Below, piece by piece: positions 1-14,312 of a stretch of DNA of 64,000 bases. The stretch is from Epiperipatus broadwayi (taxonomy: Eukaryota > Animalia > Onychophora), in the NCBI GenBank assembly GCA_028023455.1, contig JAQFVV010000005.1:11284001-11348000 (forward strand), given 5' to 3'. Numbering within the stretch: the stretch's first letter is position 1; each line of letters starts with the position of its first letter. Position numbers and translations under genes: made by a program. The notes beneath the pieces were generated by a model. That model had not been told where the DNA came from and did not search any database. It saw nothing but the letters and a program-made list of their open reading frames with translations.

Positions 1-987
1 AAATGTTTTAATTATCTCCGCTATTCCCCGATTGATTACTGATAAATAATTTTACAATGAGGCGGATGGCAATTACGTAATATTTTGCGGTCTAAGTATT
101 ACTTTCCCAATTTAAATAAAATTATTAACTCGTGTCCCCTCAATAAAGCAAAATTAAAATAACTCTTTCACAAAGCATTCTCTCGTTGCTTTGTGCTTTA
201 TAAACAATTTTAAAATATTTAAAGACATCATTAAATAACTAATATTTAACTATGGGACTAAAAGCGAACAAAGTAGGCGTTATCGGGGAGATCAAGTTGG
301 CAAACAAAAGGAAATTTAATTAGTATTTAAGTTACAGATATTATTTTAAATTGAAAATATTTTTAAATGAAAAATAATTTGCACCACAATGAAACAAGAA
401 AGCATTTATATAACACACTAAAATGAGGAATAGCGAAGGGGAAAAATTTAAGTATAAAATAGACGATCAAACTAAAGATAAATATAAATCTAATATTAGT
501 CTAATAAGAGAAAAAACAGTTACATTATAAATATAAATTAAAGAAACAATTAGCAAAAGGCATTTATAAAAAGGTAAAGTAATAGTTAATGAGGAGACAT
601 ATAAAGTTACCAGACTTTGTTCCTTTGGTCCAGTTCCCTGGATGTCCATGGCTTGATTACGTACGTAGAGTGATTTGTCAAGGGATTTGAAATATGCAGC
701 ATTTTTACACAAAGGGCACACACATGGCTCACAGTTCGGGCTTACTATTGGTTTAACATGCTACGGCATTTTGATGGATTTAGGACCCCGATGGCAGGCA
801 AAGCTGATGAGCCTAGCCACCATACATGGTCACGTCCACCAAATTAATAGAACTTTTAACAGGTAGCATGTTGGACTTAGAGCAGGAATTTTCCGCAAAA
901 TTAGGACTCCATTGTTTTCCGCATTAATTTTCAGAGCAACCTAAGAGGATCACTTAAAACACAAAATGCCAAATCATCGAAGCACAG

Positions 988-1187
988 GATCTGAATAAAT
1001 CTTCAAGCACTAAATCAGAATAATTTAACTGAACAAAATCTGAATAAATTCCAGAACAAAATCTGACTGATTTTAAAAGCAAAATCTGAATCATTCAGGA
1101 ACAAAATCTCAATGAATTCTAAAAGCAAATCTGAATCATCTCAGGAACAACATCTGACTGATTTTTAAAAGCAAAATCTGAATAATC
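988..1187. repeat. Degenerate minisatellite, 22-24 bp units alternating as an A/B dimer
   Basis: Units such as AAAATCTGAATAAATTCCAGAAC / AAAATCTGACTGATTTTAAAAGC / AAAATCTGAATCATTCAGGAAC / AAAATCTCAATGAATTCTAAAAGC recur about 8 times. Confidence 0.8.
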
Positions 1188-2559
1188 TAGTCTTTTGTTC
1201 TCCCTACCTTTTATATCTTTCTGGAGATACTCTTCTATTGTTTTGCGTATGATTTTAGATCTTGATAAGCCCCCTACGCTCCTTTGTTTCGAAGTAACTT
1301 TTTGCTAAAAATAAACTTTAATTTCTTATTATCGAATTATGCATTTTAACTTCGATTTTGATTTAATTAAAAAGGCCATCTTTAATTTGCCTTGAATGGA
1401 CTAACTAATTGAACAAATGCTATTCCTTTAGAAATGCTAGCAGGCTTATCTTAAAATAAAATCATATGCCATATTTTAACAAAAATTAAAAATAAAATAA
1501 CATTTTAGTTCAACAGAATTTTGCATTTAATCACGTATATATACGCTTCCATATATATGTTTAATTAATAAATTTTGAAAAGGAAATTTTAATAACAATT
1601 TAATCTTAGACAGAATTTTATTTTAAAAGAAATATTTTAAAGTAATTAGCTAATTTAATAAGCGTTAAATGTACAAAATGAAACACGTTAATTTTATATT
1701 TCATACAAAACCCTGTTGATACTTGGATATTAACTTAACCCAGGTTTACAATATTGGTAAGTTTATAGAAAGCTGTGAAGCATGGATCAGACTTCTGGAT
1801 CCATTGCTTCAATATATATATATATTAAAATAGTAAAATAAAATACTATGTATTAATAAAAATTAATTCTTGTATTTGTGCATGCAATAAATGAAGAATA
1901 GGTATCATGCTGGATTTGAAAGAATGTAAAGCAGGCTCATATAACTATAAGATGTGTTTTTTAAGCAGCTAATATAGCATCAAAAGATTATATATGGCCA
2001 CATTTGATTAAGAAATGCTAGACACTTTACTACTTCAGAAGATCAGGAGCAAAGGGAATATAAATCTCAATCTTGTTAGAGGCTGCTCCTGAGTGAAACA
2101 GATTGTCCTCTGAAACTCCTGCCTCTGGAAGTACCAAAGCTGGGCTACGATAAACTGCACATATTACACAGTTTATTTTATTTTAAGTATATCTTATTGT
2201 TTTTATATTATGTGTGTAAATAGTATATATAACAGTAAAGAAACTAGTTAAACAATCTCAAACTTCTGTCTTGCTCATTTTAATAATTAATGTTTGATAT
2301 AACTCCAGCTAGTAATCCCTGACCAATTAAGTAGGCTGATTGCAACCAGCTAACCTATGATTGGACATAGCAGATTAGCACAGTCAATAGAATAATTCAT
2401 AGTCCAACAGGATCACTTAATAGGATAGTTGACAGTATAGTTCCAACAGCATGTTCGGCAAAGTGGAGTAGTGGACTAACATAATCCGAGAAGTTGGAAA
2501 CCCATAGGTGGTAACTAAATTGGCAATCTTAGTGAAACAATTCTGAAAAAAAATCAGCA

Positions 2560-5500
2560 GTATAGCATTTGTGGAACCTGGAAGAATTGCCTTGTATGTA
2601 AAAAGGTTAGAATTTTTTTTTTTTGAGATTAACAGCATCAATGACTTTTCAGCAAGTTATTTAGATCACAAACATTATGTGAACCAGAAGTACCAGAAAA
2701 ATAGCCTTATGAAGAAATAGTAACGAAATTAAATGATCTTGACAATCTAAATACATCACTTTGTTCCACTTAGGAAGCAGGTAAGAGAACAATGAGAGAA
2801 TTAGAAATTTTGATGTTGCATGTGAGACTTGCTGAAACCCTGTTTTGACGACAGCTTTTTAGAAGAAGTCCTCAAGCAATTTTTGTGAGAAATAGTGGGT
2901 AACCAACTGATATAACAGCTGTTAGCCGTTAATGATTTACTTTGAGACTATTAAATATAATAACTTGCAAGTTAATTATGGACTAAGCTAAAGTGTTAAT
3001 GTCAGAAAATTTTCAAGCAACAATCCTGGAAACCACAATTTTGAATAAGAACATATACCCAGAGAATGATGTGAAGCTGTACATAGCACAAGAATGTAAG
3101 CTGAAGAATAAATGATGCTGAAATTGTGGTTCACCTGGACACAGCCACCAAGATGTCATAACCATAAAGAGGATAAGCATGAACAAAGCTTTATACAATT
3201 CCAGTTATTGGATATCTGGATCAAATTGTGTTAATGCTGAAAATACTTAATAAGCCATAGACCATGTTAGATTGATAGCAGTGCAAAAGTATCCTTAATG
3301 ACAAAAATAAAGAAAACTGATGTGGAACATCAAACTCCTCTTACAGATTTAAGAATTTATGGGAAGCAAATAGAAACCCAATCAAATTAAGATGATTGTT
3401 CAAGTGCCTGTTAAAATTAAAAAATGCAGTAGGACACTAGTAATTCAATCATAGGTTGTGAATGGTTTATACCATTGGGCATTGAGGTCTGCATTGTGGA
3501 AAACATCAATGTTGAAAATAAAATTCTACTTTTTAAAATTGGATCCAAAAGAATAAAAACTGTTTGGTAGATTTAGATCTTTACAAAGGAACTAAGTCTG
3601 TAATTGGAAAACCCTGCAAGGTATCAACATAGCAGAGAGTATTAAAAGAAGTAGAGATCTTTGTACAGAAAAGCATTTTGATTTCTATAGAAAGCTCACA
3701 ATGGGCCACTTCCATCATGATTGCAATGAAATTTAACATTAAGTTGACAATCTGCAGTGATTACCATACAACTATTAATAAAAACAAGCAAAAGTTCATA
3801 TCTGATACCAAATGTATGTGAAGTTCTGGCTTTGATAGAAAAAGTGAACACTAAATTCTATCTAAACAATGCCTTCTACCAAATCCCACTATGAAAGAAG
3901 TTTGCAGAAAATCCTAACAGTCACCACACTCAGATATATTTAACTAGCCTATCTTTCAAAATTACTGTAGTCCCAAATATTTTCCAAGAAAAAGTCCACA
4001 CACTATTTTGGAATATGCAGGGGATGATCCCATAATTTAACAACATTGATGATAGCCAACATGGAGCCATTACTAAAGGACATAGTGTTGAAAATATGCA
4101 TTAAATTCTAATTTTAAAGTTCAGTTAAACCCTACAAATAGATGTAAAAAGTAACTGAATTAAGCTTCCTTGTACACAAAATCAACAATTACAGGAAGAA
4201 ACATCAGAAAAGATGTGCACAATCAAAAACATCTCCCATCCAAATAGTGCAAAGAAATTTTAAGCACTTCTGGGTATGGAAATTTACTTTAAATGCTTTT
4301 TGAAAGAAAGGTCATATTGCTCAACCATTGTATGAATTCCTAAAAATGAATTAATGCTGGAAGTGAGAGACCAAATAAAAAGTGGTCTTTATGAAGACAA
4401 CAGCCTTAGCACTTGGCGGTGAGTCAACCCACTTCAACAATGACCTGGACATCACACTCATGAATGATGCATCTAAATATTGAAAAAGAATAATTTTATA
4501 TGATTCCATAAACCAATAGATTTCACATCTTGGACTCTGTTCAAAATTGAAAGAAACTATAGACATATGGTCAAAGGAGTGTGAACCATTGCACATGGAG
4601 ATAAAGTTGAATCAATAGAAATATGACTGGGCATTCTAGATAACCATGGAACACAAACCATAGTTGGGTACTCATCACAACCAAAATGGCCTGACCATCT
4701 AAGCCCTACAATGATAGATTGGCTAATCTATAGATAAGGCATTGTCATTCAACATGTCGATGCACTATCCAATGTCCAGATATGACAGAACCATTTAAAA
4801 ATGATATCTGCATAAATCACATCGATGGTTGGGACTCAAAAGCAGTAAACAATAATAGACTGGGCTAAAGACAATCCAGGTTATCGGCCCCTATTGAAAT
4901 GGATTTTAAAGGTCTATCCTGCACAATGACCTCCAAATCTGTGTAATATCCTATAGAAAATATGCAAACATTTATCAGTAGTCCATGGATGTATTCTAAT
5001 TGATAACAAAGTGTTGGTCACTAAAGAGTATTATATGTGACATGTCAAAATCACTTGAGTATAGATAAAGCTAAGATTCTGGCTCATCGAATAAATGATG
5101 TCATGGAGGAATGCATTAAGAACTACAAAGCATGTCAAACCATAGAAATCTGCCTAAAAGAAATGACATCTGCTCACTCTAAGGTTAATGACATTGCATA
5201 CTTTGATCATGCTGGACACTGGAAGGTATATATAGTTCTGGTAAATGCTTATTCACAATGGATCAAACATAGAGCAGTGTATTACACAGATGCAGGTATT
5301 TTCCTGGCATTGAATCTGTGAAGCACTTGTATCTGATAATAGAGCAGACTTAACTACAGCAAAATTTGGTGCCTATGTGAAAGAATGATGGTTTAGTCAA
5401 TTACATGCTCAACCCTACCACTTTAAATTCAATGGACTTACTAAAGTGATCCTGCAATTAAAAGTAGCTTTAAAGTGTGCCTAATTAAAATCAATAAACT

Positions 5501-5990
5501 ACGTTGATGGTACTTTATCAACATAATACACAGCAGACACAGGGATGTCCCCACTAGAACTATTGTTTGAAAGTAAAATTAGAATAAAATTAATGTTACC
5601 AAACAAAAAACTTCAAATCAAATCTATATACAGAAAAGAAGACTTGAAATAATCTAAATAGAAAATGGAGTAAAGCAGCCATCACTAAACACATAGGAAA
5701 GTTGAAACAGAAGCTAAGTAAAACTGCAGAGAACTCTGGCAGGAGCTAAGCATGAGACTGTGAATGAAGATGTTTATCTGGCTACAGAATGATCACAAGA
5801 AGATTAATATGAAATTATTTAACAAGCTGCAGTAATCAGAATTGATGAATGAAATGGTATCTGATCATCAAACTAATATAAATCCACATCAAGTGAGATC
5901 CCAATGCCTGATAACTCAACAGACAAGCCTAGGCAAATATTTTCAGGATTACATTCAGTGAGACTATCTTCTAGAATAAGGGGAAGAAGG
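2560..5990 (+). mobile_element. Decayed Ty3/Gypsy LTR retrotransposon (gag-pol relic, many stops and frameshifts)
   Basis: Motifs in Gypsy order: gag YVKRLEFFF..LCEPEVPEK*PYEEIVTKL (about 2595-2730); zinc knuckle C*NCGSPGH (about 3117); RT SYLIPNV..LNNAFYQIPL..PNIFQ (about 3795-3990); RNase H DASKY..KPIDFTSWTL..ERNY (about 4465-4560); integrase LVNAYSQWI, LVSDN, PYHFKFNG, TGMSPLELLF (about 5230-5570); polypurine tract at 5977-5990. Confidence 0.9.
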
Positions 5991-6478
5991 CTGTATCCTA
6001 ACATATCAGGAGGATAAAACAGCCTAATATATTTGGATATACGTTTATATTAAGATAGAATATATATTATACCGGGTGTATTTGTAAGAAGATGTTGCAT
6101 ACTCTAAATGCTAGGTTTAACTGGGTTTAAACCTTATTTATTATAAATTTATAATTTTATATTATAAATATTACATGAACGAACCGGCCCTTTGAGCAGA
6201 GAGAAGAATACCATTGATGGGAGAGCCATCAACAATACCCACAGTTAGACCAATCTATGCAATGCATAACACGATCACATTTCCAGACCGTGGCCCACCT
6301 CAACTGCTAGATTCAAACCCCTACTATCCAAATACTTTATTTGTTTCAGAGTAAACTCTGGGCACCAGCTAGTTATGAGAATGTGTTTGGACAGTAGGCA
6401 GCACTCAAAATCTCCCATGACTAGCTCAATCAATTGTAATACAATAACAAATTATTGCTTTAATTAGAGATAAAGAAT

Positions 6479-7834
6479 TGACCGATAAAATTAAGCTTAA
6501 AGATAATTTATTTAACTAAACATTTATTATTCTAATTTTAATTACGTATATGAAACTTATTTAAATGAAACAAGGACTTATCATAACTTCAGGTTCACGC
6601 ATATTCAATAATAATATAATATAACAAAGGATATTAAATAATATAAGGCATTTAAGTAAATACGTGTAATTAATATAAGATATACTAAAGCATTCACATA
6701 CGTGACATTCCAACACATGCACATCAACAGTTCTTTATGCATGCTGTAGAGTTCATTATTATTTGACTCTGGGAGGCTTCAAATTATTGCAATGACTACT
6801 TTACTTAGAAATGGAAATAAGAAAAATGTTATTTATTACCTAAGATTTGAACATGGACTTCTTGCTGGTTATTACTAGACGTGAAAATATTTCTAACCGG
6901 TTAGATTTGAGGTTTTTCTTGTGGAGATTTACTGCTTAGTATTCTGAGGCAATTTTTTTTAAGACAGATATTGACAGCGGATTTTCAGGTTGTTAGGCAT
7001 TACTTTTCTTGGGCAGGTTGGCTGTTTCATCGGACTCCGGCTGGAACGAAAGTCGTATGATTCTGACGACGATTAACACTGCATTTTCTTTATTAACAAA
7101 TACATGAGAAGACTGACAGAGAAGTGATTTAATCCGATTGTGATCTCACTGAACTCATTGTCCAATGAAAAAACGACTATTTATTAGGATGACCTGTTCT
7201 CATTTTGGTGTCCCCCAGCTATATTTGTTGTTGGAATTCCTTAGATAAGCTTTTAATCCTGTTGTTGGAGATCTTTTAATTAATGGCCATTGCAACTTGT
7301 TGTTTTTGTGGATTTTTAATTAGTAGCCATTGCACGTTTTGTTTTTACATTTTAAATTATATATCATTTTTTAACATTTAACACACACACATTTATTTTA
7401 CTATTCCTTATACTTACAATCATTCGTGATTAACACACATATATTTGCACTTCTTTAAATTACCGGGAAAAGACTTTTTCTTTAAATTAAATGCAAAGAG
7501 ATAATATAAATCTTTTATGTAAAAGATTTATATTTTAAACTTATATACTTTTAATTTTTCTCCCTTCCAATTAATAAACGACATTTGTATGAATAACTTT
7601 CATTTCAAACTACTAATAATAGAAAAATAACTCTTTAGACTTTTATTCTGACTATTATCTTTTAATGAACTGGATTTTGTTTCACACTAATAATAATAAA
7701 ACTCTTTAGACTTTTATTCTAAGTTACATATTATTTATTTATTTATTAAAACCTTCGCGTGTTATTTATGATAATTTTATTTTAATAATTTTTAGCCAAA
7801 AATTATATATATGTACCAATGCAATATTGGTACA
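6479..7834 (-). mobile_element. Possible solo LTR or LTR-like segment with TATA and initiator
   Basis: The minus strand runs TG..CA and has TAAATA (about 7180) about 29 nt upstream of an arthropod-type initiator TCAGT (about 7150). CpGs are relatively retained. No TSD or second LTR seen. Confidence 0.3.
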
Positions 7835-8399
7835 ATATATATATATATATACATTGTAATGGACAGTAAGCACATCATTATCCAACACCAGAAAGCATCA
7901 TTAGACTTATAGCCTAGAATGACTTATCAAGGGACATCATATCAGATTTTTCTCGTGAGGATTTTAATTAAAACAGCTACATCAATATTAATAGATACTT
8001 AAAATTGTCTCTTGATCATGGAGTAGATTCTTTACAAAGACCAAACAACAATAAACAAATACTAAAATTGATCTAATAAACAAATTTTATTAATAGTTCA
8101 GTACAATAGTGAAAGTACTCTTTTAAATTGGCCCAGTTCATTTGTCATTGGGTAGCCTTTGAATATTGATATGCACAACCTTTTGTTAATAATTCAATAT
8201 CATCTCTGAAAACTACCATTAAGTAGCTGCTGTTTACTGGATCAGCTACATATGTATTAGCTACATTAAGATGTGTGCCTTTATTTTTCTATAAACTTAC
8301 AATAATAGGCAATAATACAAAGTTTAAATTAACTTTATAAAGTTTGCAATGCAAAGGGAATCCCAAAATCAGCATTTACAATATGCATTCGATCCTAAA

Positions 8400-8700
8400 C
8401 CATGTTAAAAGTAAAACAATACAATAAATTACCTCAAACAACCTGGAATACAATTTAAATTCACAGGAAGTTATCTTGGAGCCCTGAGCAAATCAAAGTC
8501 TTCCATGAGTTTTTCAAATATGGAATAAGATATATTGGGGAAGCAAATAATAAAAATGGCAGATAGAATATCTATAGGACTGCTATATAAAATGCATACA
8601 CATATCTTAATCCTAAATTTCAGACATGTATGTGAAACAAAACAAAGATGCCACTATATGAAAGATCTGCACACAATAAAATTAACTTACTAAACTATTT
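8400..8700 (+). mobile_element. Possible highly decayed GIY-YIG (Penelope-like) endonuclease relic
   Basis: IRYIGEANNK(M)ADRI at about 8525-8580 resembles the PLE motif YIGETxRxLxxR. Single motif only. Confidence 0.3.
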
Positions 8701-9149
8701 ATACGTATGTATACATATTACAACACATACCTATATTTCCATTAATTTTAAAACATTGTTTAAATGATTTTTGAATAATTTCACAGAGATAACTTATTAG
8801 ATTAAAATTTATCTATTCAAAACTTAAATCTTATATTATTTTAAAACATTAATTCTCAGAGAAAGATTGATTTGACATTTATTTAAACTAAATATTGATT
8901 ATTTAAAACTATTGATTACTTAAAATAAATCAAGAAATAAAACATTTTCTTTTATCTCAACTATTCAAAACCATAGACAATTATGGACAACTAAATTTTA
9001 AAAGTAATTTATCAACATAATGAAAATTTTTAAGCGTAATCTATATCTCAATATTCAAAAGCATACTACAATATATATATATATTTTTAAACTTAATGTT
9101 ACGCATATTTCCATAAGCTGTGTATGGCCGTATTTGCAACTTGCCTATT

Positions 9150-9560
9150 AATAACATCATCCTTATATTTATCAATCAAAATTGCCTCTTTAATTTTCCT
9201 CTTTTTATGATTTCTTTCTTCCATTAAATTTTTATTTCACTACTATTAAATGTAAATCTATAATTACAAGTCTTTTCATGGTCAAATAATAAGCTGTATT
9301 AAATTGACTATTTGCATTATTTTTAATTCGATTATATAATAATTGATGCTCCTTCAATCTTTTCTCCACAGAACATCTCGAATCACAGATATTTAATTTC
9401 TGACATCCACATGAAATCTGATAAATTATATTACTTCTTTGCAATTTAGGAATTATACTCTTAGAATTATTATCAATCGATTAATATTCGGGGGAACACA
9501 AATGAAATATTATACTTTTCTTTAAATATATTCTTAATTAATTTAGATTGCATGTTATTT
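9150..9560 (-). mobile_element. Penelope-like element relic, GIY-YIG endonuclease C-terminal region
   Basis: ORF 9232-9444 reads SNIIYQISCGCQKLNICDSRCSVEKRLKEH, matching the PLE pattern SNVVYxIxCxCxxxYIGxTxRxLxxRxKEH. It is followed on the same strand by KRKIKEAILIDKYKDDVINR, the typical PLE endonuclease end. Confidence 0.75.
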
Positions 9561-9711
9561 ATAAACGGCATGGATATCCATTTTTTATTATCTAAAGTAA
9601 CACTTCTTGTTATTAAATGAATTTACTGTATGCAAAATTTGGTTTTTATCATAACCAACCTTTAAAAGTTCACAGCTTATGGATATATATACAGACAGAC
9701 AGAGAACCAAC

Positions 9712-9728
9712 CAGACAGACAGACAGAC

Positions 9729-9797
<69 letters not shown>
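9712..9797. repeat. (GACA)n(GATA)n compound microsatellite
   Basis: Directly visible tandem GACA followed by about 17 GATA units. Confidence 0.98.
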
Positions 9798-11299
9798 TGT
9801 CAAACTACAATGAACATTTTATAAGTTTAAGCATTAAGACTCGGTTAACATGAAAAATAAATACATAAAATTACATAAATTGTAAATTGATGGTCACATA
9901 TAAATGGTAACTATAGTCTTAAAAGTTTATTAAATCATTCATAAAGTAAATGAACTGGCTACATTAAATCCAAAATACAGCTGCAAAGAGATTATTTTTG
10001 CATAAAGATAAAATTACATTTATGTACATATGTTTTCCCATGGACATGACGAAAAGAGTTCATTGATAGTTCACTAGTAAAATCTTTTCCATTGACAGTT
10101 TTCAAATATTAATTACAATGAGGTTATATTTCAAAGTAGAGTTGAGGTGCAATTTTCACTGTTGAAAAGTGCAGCTATTTTAGCTGCAATATAATGTGAT
10201 GTTGGTTAGAACAATGTTGAATTTAATTCAGCAATTGGAGTTTGAAATTCTAATGGTTATGAGTTCCATGCTCACGAATGCAGTTCTTTGAGCTTCCAGT
10301 GAAACTTGCTGGTTAGTTCAAATGTTGAGGATCCTTGTAATTCATGTTGGTAACACTCATCCATGGTGGATGGTGAGCAGAAACAGCAACAAATTTATTT
10401 TCTGAGTGCTCTTTTATACAATTACCAAATTTTGCAAAACATTTTCGATATAATTAACTAAGCCAGTGATTATCTTAATCAACCTCATTTACAAAATTTC
10501 TTAGATAAGTAAACATGTTTACAGATAACAAGTAGCTATCTTAATTCTTAAAAGTATGTTGGTTTACATTTTAAAACATTAAACAAAACTTAAATCAGTT
10601 TTATAAAGAATTTCCCTTAATAATAAGATAAACCTATTTTTAGCTAATTTTTCATAATATTTAAGTAAACTTTGTTTCTATAACTTAACATTTTAAATTA
10701 AGTTTATTTAGATGAAATAAACTAGTTTTTTTTTATTTTTTTAAAAGTAAATTTAAAATTGACTCAATTTTATTTCAAGCACATAACTATTGATGCATGA
10801 GTGTGCCTATGATAGAAACCTAATGTTAATAAATAATCTCAATTTGTAAAACCAAAATTTTAATGTATGATTGCTAACTATTATTATTTTTAAATCTAAA
10901 TTATAAATTGAAATAGGCAATAATTATAAATTGAGATAGGCAATCTCTCTCTATATATATATATATTGTAACAATATTTATCAATTAATATAAATATGTA
11001 TTTGTAATTATTAAATTAATATAAAAGATATGTATTTGTAACTATAATTTGTAGCTATTTTAATATGTCACATTTGTAACCATAATAAATATTTAGATAG
11101 GGGAAATTATTAATTATTAGATATATGCCTATCCAATCTGTACCATTTGTAACTATATCAATTCATCATAGCATAGATAAAGAAATTATAGAATCACTGT
11201 GCCACTTGAAATATCAGCATTAAAGATTCTTGGTATTTATTTATATATTGGGGCGGTCATCTGAACAATACAACATACTGGACATTGTCATCTAATAAA

Positions 11300-11900
11300 A
11301 ATAATATTAAACATAGCAACTGAATAAAAGTACCCACTGTGAGATTCCTGGAGTGCCTTATGCTTATCTCCAATACTAGGTTCTTCTAACAAAGAATCCT
11401 TCCTATCCTTCTTTCCAAATATATAAGACCATTCATGGTCATATGCACACACGGGTGCTATTCATGACAACTTATAAAAAAATATATTTTATAAAACTAA
11501 TATTATGAAGTTGGAAAGGGATGATATCACTCTTTATTCAGTTTAGCTAAGTACATGTGTTTTCCCATGAGCGCCACTAGATTGTTTTCAATCTAGATAA
11601 GTATCTATTTATAGTGTACTTGAGTTCAAACTCATTCAGTACATATTTATTACACATGACTTGGATGACTATTGAACAAAAATGACATTCTTACATTTTA
11701 TCTATATTGATAAAATTACAAGATCCCAATATTACCAAAGTTTATACTATAGATCAAAGATTCTTATAGACATTGCTAGCTCATTAGCGTATATTGATGA
11801 ACAGACATGTATAATCCTATTAATGGCTTCCAAACAAGCATGTGAAGACCATTATTGATGTTGATGGCCATTTAACTAGATTATTTATCACAATAAAGGT
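11300..11900 (+). mobile_element. Penelope-like reverse transcriptase relic
   Basis: Decayed MCFPMSATRL (like GxPMGSPLS, about 11555), then KNDILTF..ILIKL and ITKVY (like ENxxLxFLDILI..TxVYxK, about 11680-11750), in PLE RT order. Frameshifted. Confidence 0.5.
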
Positions 11901-14204
11901 AATAATGATGATAATAATAGTGATATCATAATAATGATTTTAATAGTGATGATGATACCAGCCATGGCTTATCAATAAACTCACAACAATAAATTCATCT
12001 TTATAAACTTATAGGCATCTATTAAAATTATCCTATTTCATACTGGGATTTAATAATACTAATGGTGATGATTGATCATCATGAATCTCTTTGCATATTA
12101 TTCAATTTTATATAAACCCCTATTTACTAAAATATATTCATTACGCTAAACATTAAATTTAATGATTATAATTTATTAACGATGATTGATGGCGATCATA
12201 ACTTTTATATAGTATTATTTGAAACATTTTTAACTAATAACATGATATCCATCTTTGATGAGGATGATCTAAATTCATGGACCCAACACAATTTTAGCTT
12301 TCTATGTTGAACTATAATTATCAAAATTTGGTTATTCTCAAGCATAATCCTTAAATACTTAAATATCAACATTCTAGTTTACCTATCATTTTGCGGACGC
12401 TTAATATTTGCAAGTGATTGCTCAATATATACGAATGGTAATACTTAATAACTGCGAGCAATGATGCTGAATTAAAATGATAGAATTAAGACAAAAAAAA
12501 ACAACAATATTCTCAATAATAACTCAGAAACCAATTAAGATATATAATTATATTTTATTAACACTACTACTCTTTCTTTCCTTCTTTAAAGTCAAATCGA
12601 CAATTAAATAAATGGCTTATTAATATAAAAATTCATATAAGTATAAGCAAATAAACTTAATATATAGGTTTGTCACTTCTTGATATCTCAAAATAAGCTG
12701 ACTTAAATCAATATTAAAAAAATACATATTCTATAAATGCTTATTTAAGAATTTTCTTACTTATCATATCATAAAATAAATTTCAGGTGTAACTTGTATA
12801 TGTCATTTCATTTCCATTCAAATGTAATGCCCTACTTTTTAATTTACTATTTTAAACTAATCATATATAACCTATTCTTTAATGTGTTTGGGTAAGCAGT
12901 TACACATTCACGCATTCGGTAATGTTAACATATATGTTTAAAATGTATACCCAAAAATCACATATATAAAAATATCTTTTTCTTTTGCAACCTTATAGCG
13001 AAAGAAAATAAAATACATATATTAATTTTTAATATGCAACAAGATAAAATAAAAATATAAAAACATTATAAATGCATATATCTATAGGTTGCTCATTATC
13101 ATTAACATCTGAAGAACAATTAAAAAAAAAACATTTCAACATTACAATATATAATAAAAAAATTAAAAAAAATAATGAAAAATTTAAGTTTAAAGATTTA
13201 AATTATGTTTGTGCTATGTTGTGAGATATTGCAAATAACTATAGATAAACAAGTCTTTAATGTTTCTGTATCAAAAAAGAAAATTGCTTTGACCAGTAAA
13301 TTAAGGTTTACTTTTAATAAGTAAAAGAAAGTTCATATTTACCCGTCTACTTTTTACTTCTTATTAATGTCCTGAATTTGAATTTTCAGACTGCTTTTCT
13401 TTGCTCACCAACAACAAACAAAAAAAAAAAGAAAGTTATTGCAGATACTTTTAAGATAATGCTGAATCAATTGACTTTGCTTGTTTCTTCAATTCCATTA
13501 TTATTCACTGTTGATTGGCTTCCTTCTACCATTTAAAAAAAAGTTATTATAAGTACTTTGAATAAGTAGGTACCGGTGGATTTGCTTGTCTCTCTTCTTT
13601 AAAAAAAAAATTGCTGTCGACACTTTAGATGATTGAGGTAAATCAACAAAAATTTGATTTATGGCTTCAAACTTGGTTCTACATGGCTGTTATGGATTTT
13701 CTCTTCCTCCTATTTCCTCTTCTCCATTCATTTGAAGGTAATGAGCTTTTAATAAGCAAGGAACTAGAAACAAAGCATTCCATATAGCTTGTGTGGTTGG
13801 CTTCAAAATCGATCATTTTGTTGGTTATTACTAGATACATGACTTCATAGACAGATCAGCGATTTTGACTCATTCTGTATTAATCAGGAAGCAGAAAAAA
13901 TGGTTTAGCAATGCAGAGGCATTGTATTATGCATAACCAAATATGTTAATATCATTTTTTTATATAATTATTACTAAATTCTAATAAATTCAATCTTGTT
14001 CCATTTTCCTCTTCTTTAATATTGCTGGAAATTGCTTTATATCAACGCACATTTCATTTGCTCTTTTTTTTTCAACTTTCAAAGAGTGAGAAAAAAAAAT
14101 TAAAGTGTTCCTTCTCTTTTAAAAAAAAATCCGAGCTTACATTTCTGCTTAAGAATAATAACAAGGAAGGACCGACTGAGTTGAGTCTCAAAATAATAAT
14201 AATA

Positions 14205-14312
14205 ATTTGAGTGACTCTCACTCTAAAAAAAATTAATGACTAACTCATCATCTCTCTAAAGAAATTTAAGACTGACTGATCATCTCTCTAAAAAATTTAA
14301 GACTGACTGCTT
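14205..14312. repeat. Short degenerate minisatellite (about 31-32 bp units)
   Basis: Three or four variants of AAATTTAAGACTGACTGATCATCTCTCTAAA. Confidence 0.6.

Noticed and set aside
804-850. Isolated CTGATGA
   Set aside because: No GAAA or stems in a type I, II or III arrangement.
9090-9145. Possible pseudo-LTR HHR after the PLE endonuclease relic (..ATG GAAA TATGCG TA)
   Set aside because: No CUGANGA at the required position. Too degenerate to call.
9588-9803. ORF with IYLS repeats
   Set aside because: Translation artefact of the GATA microsatellite.
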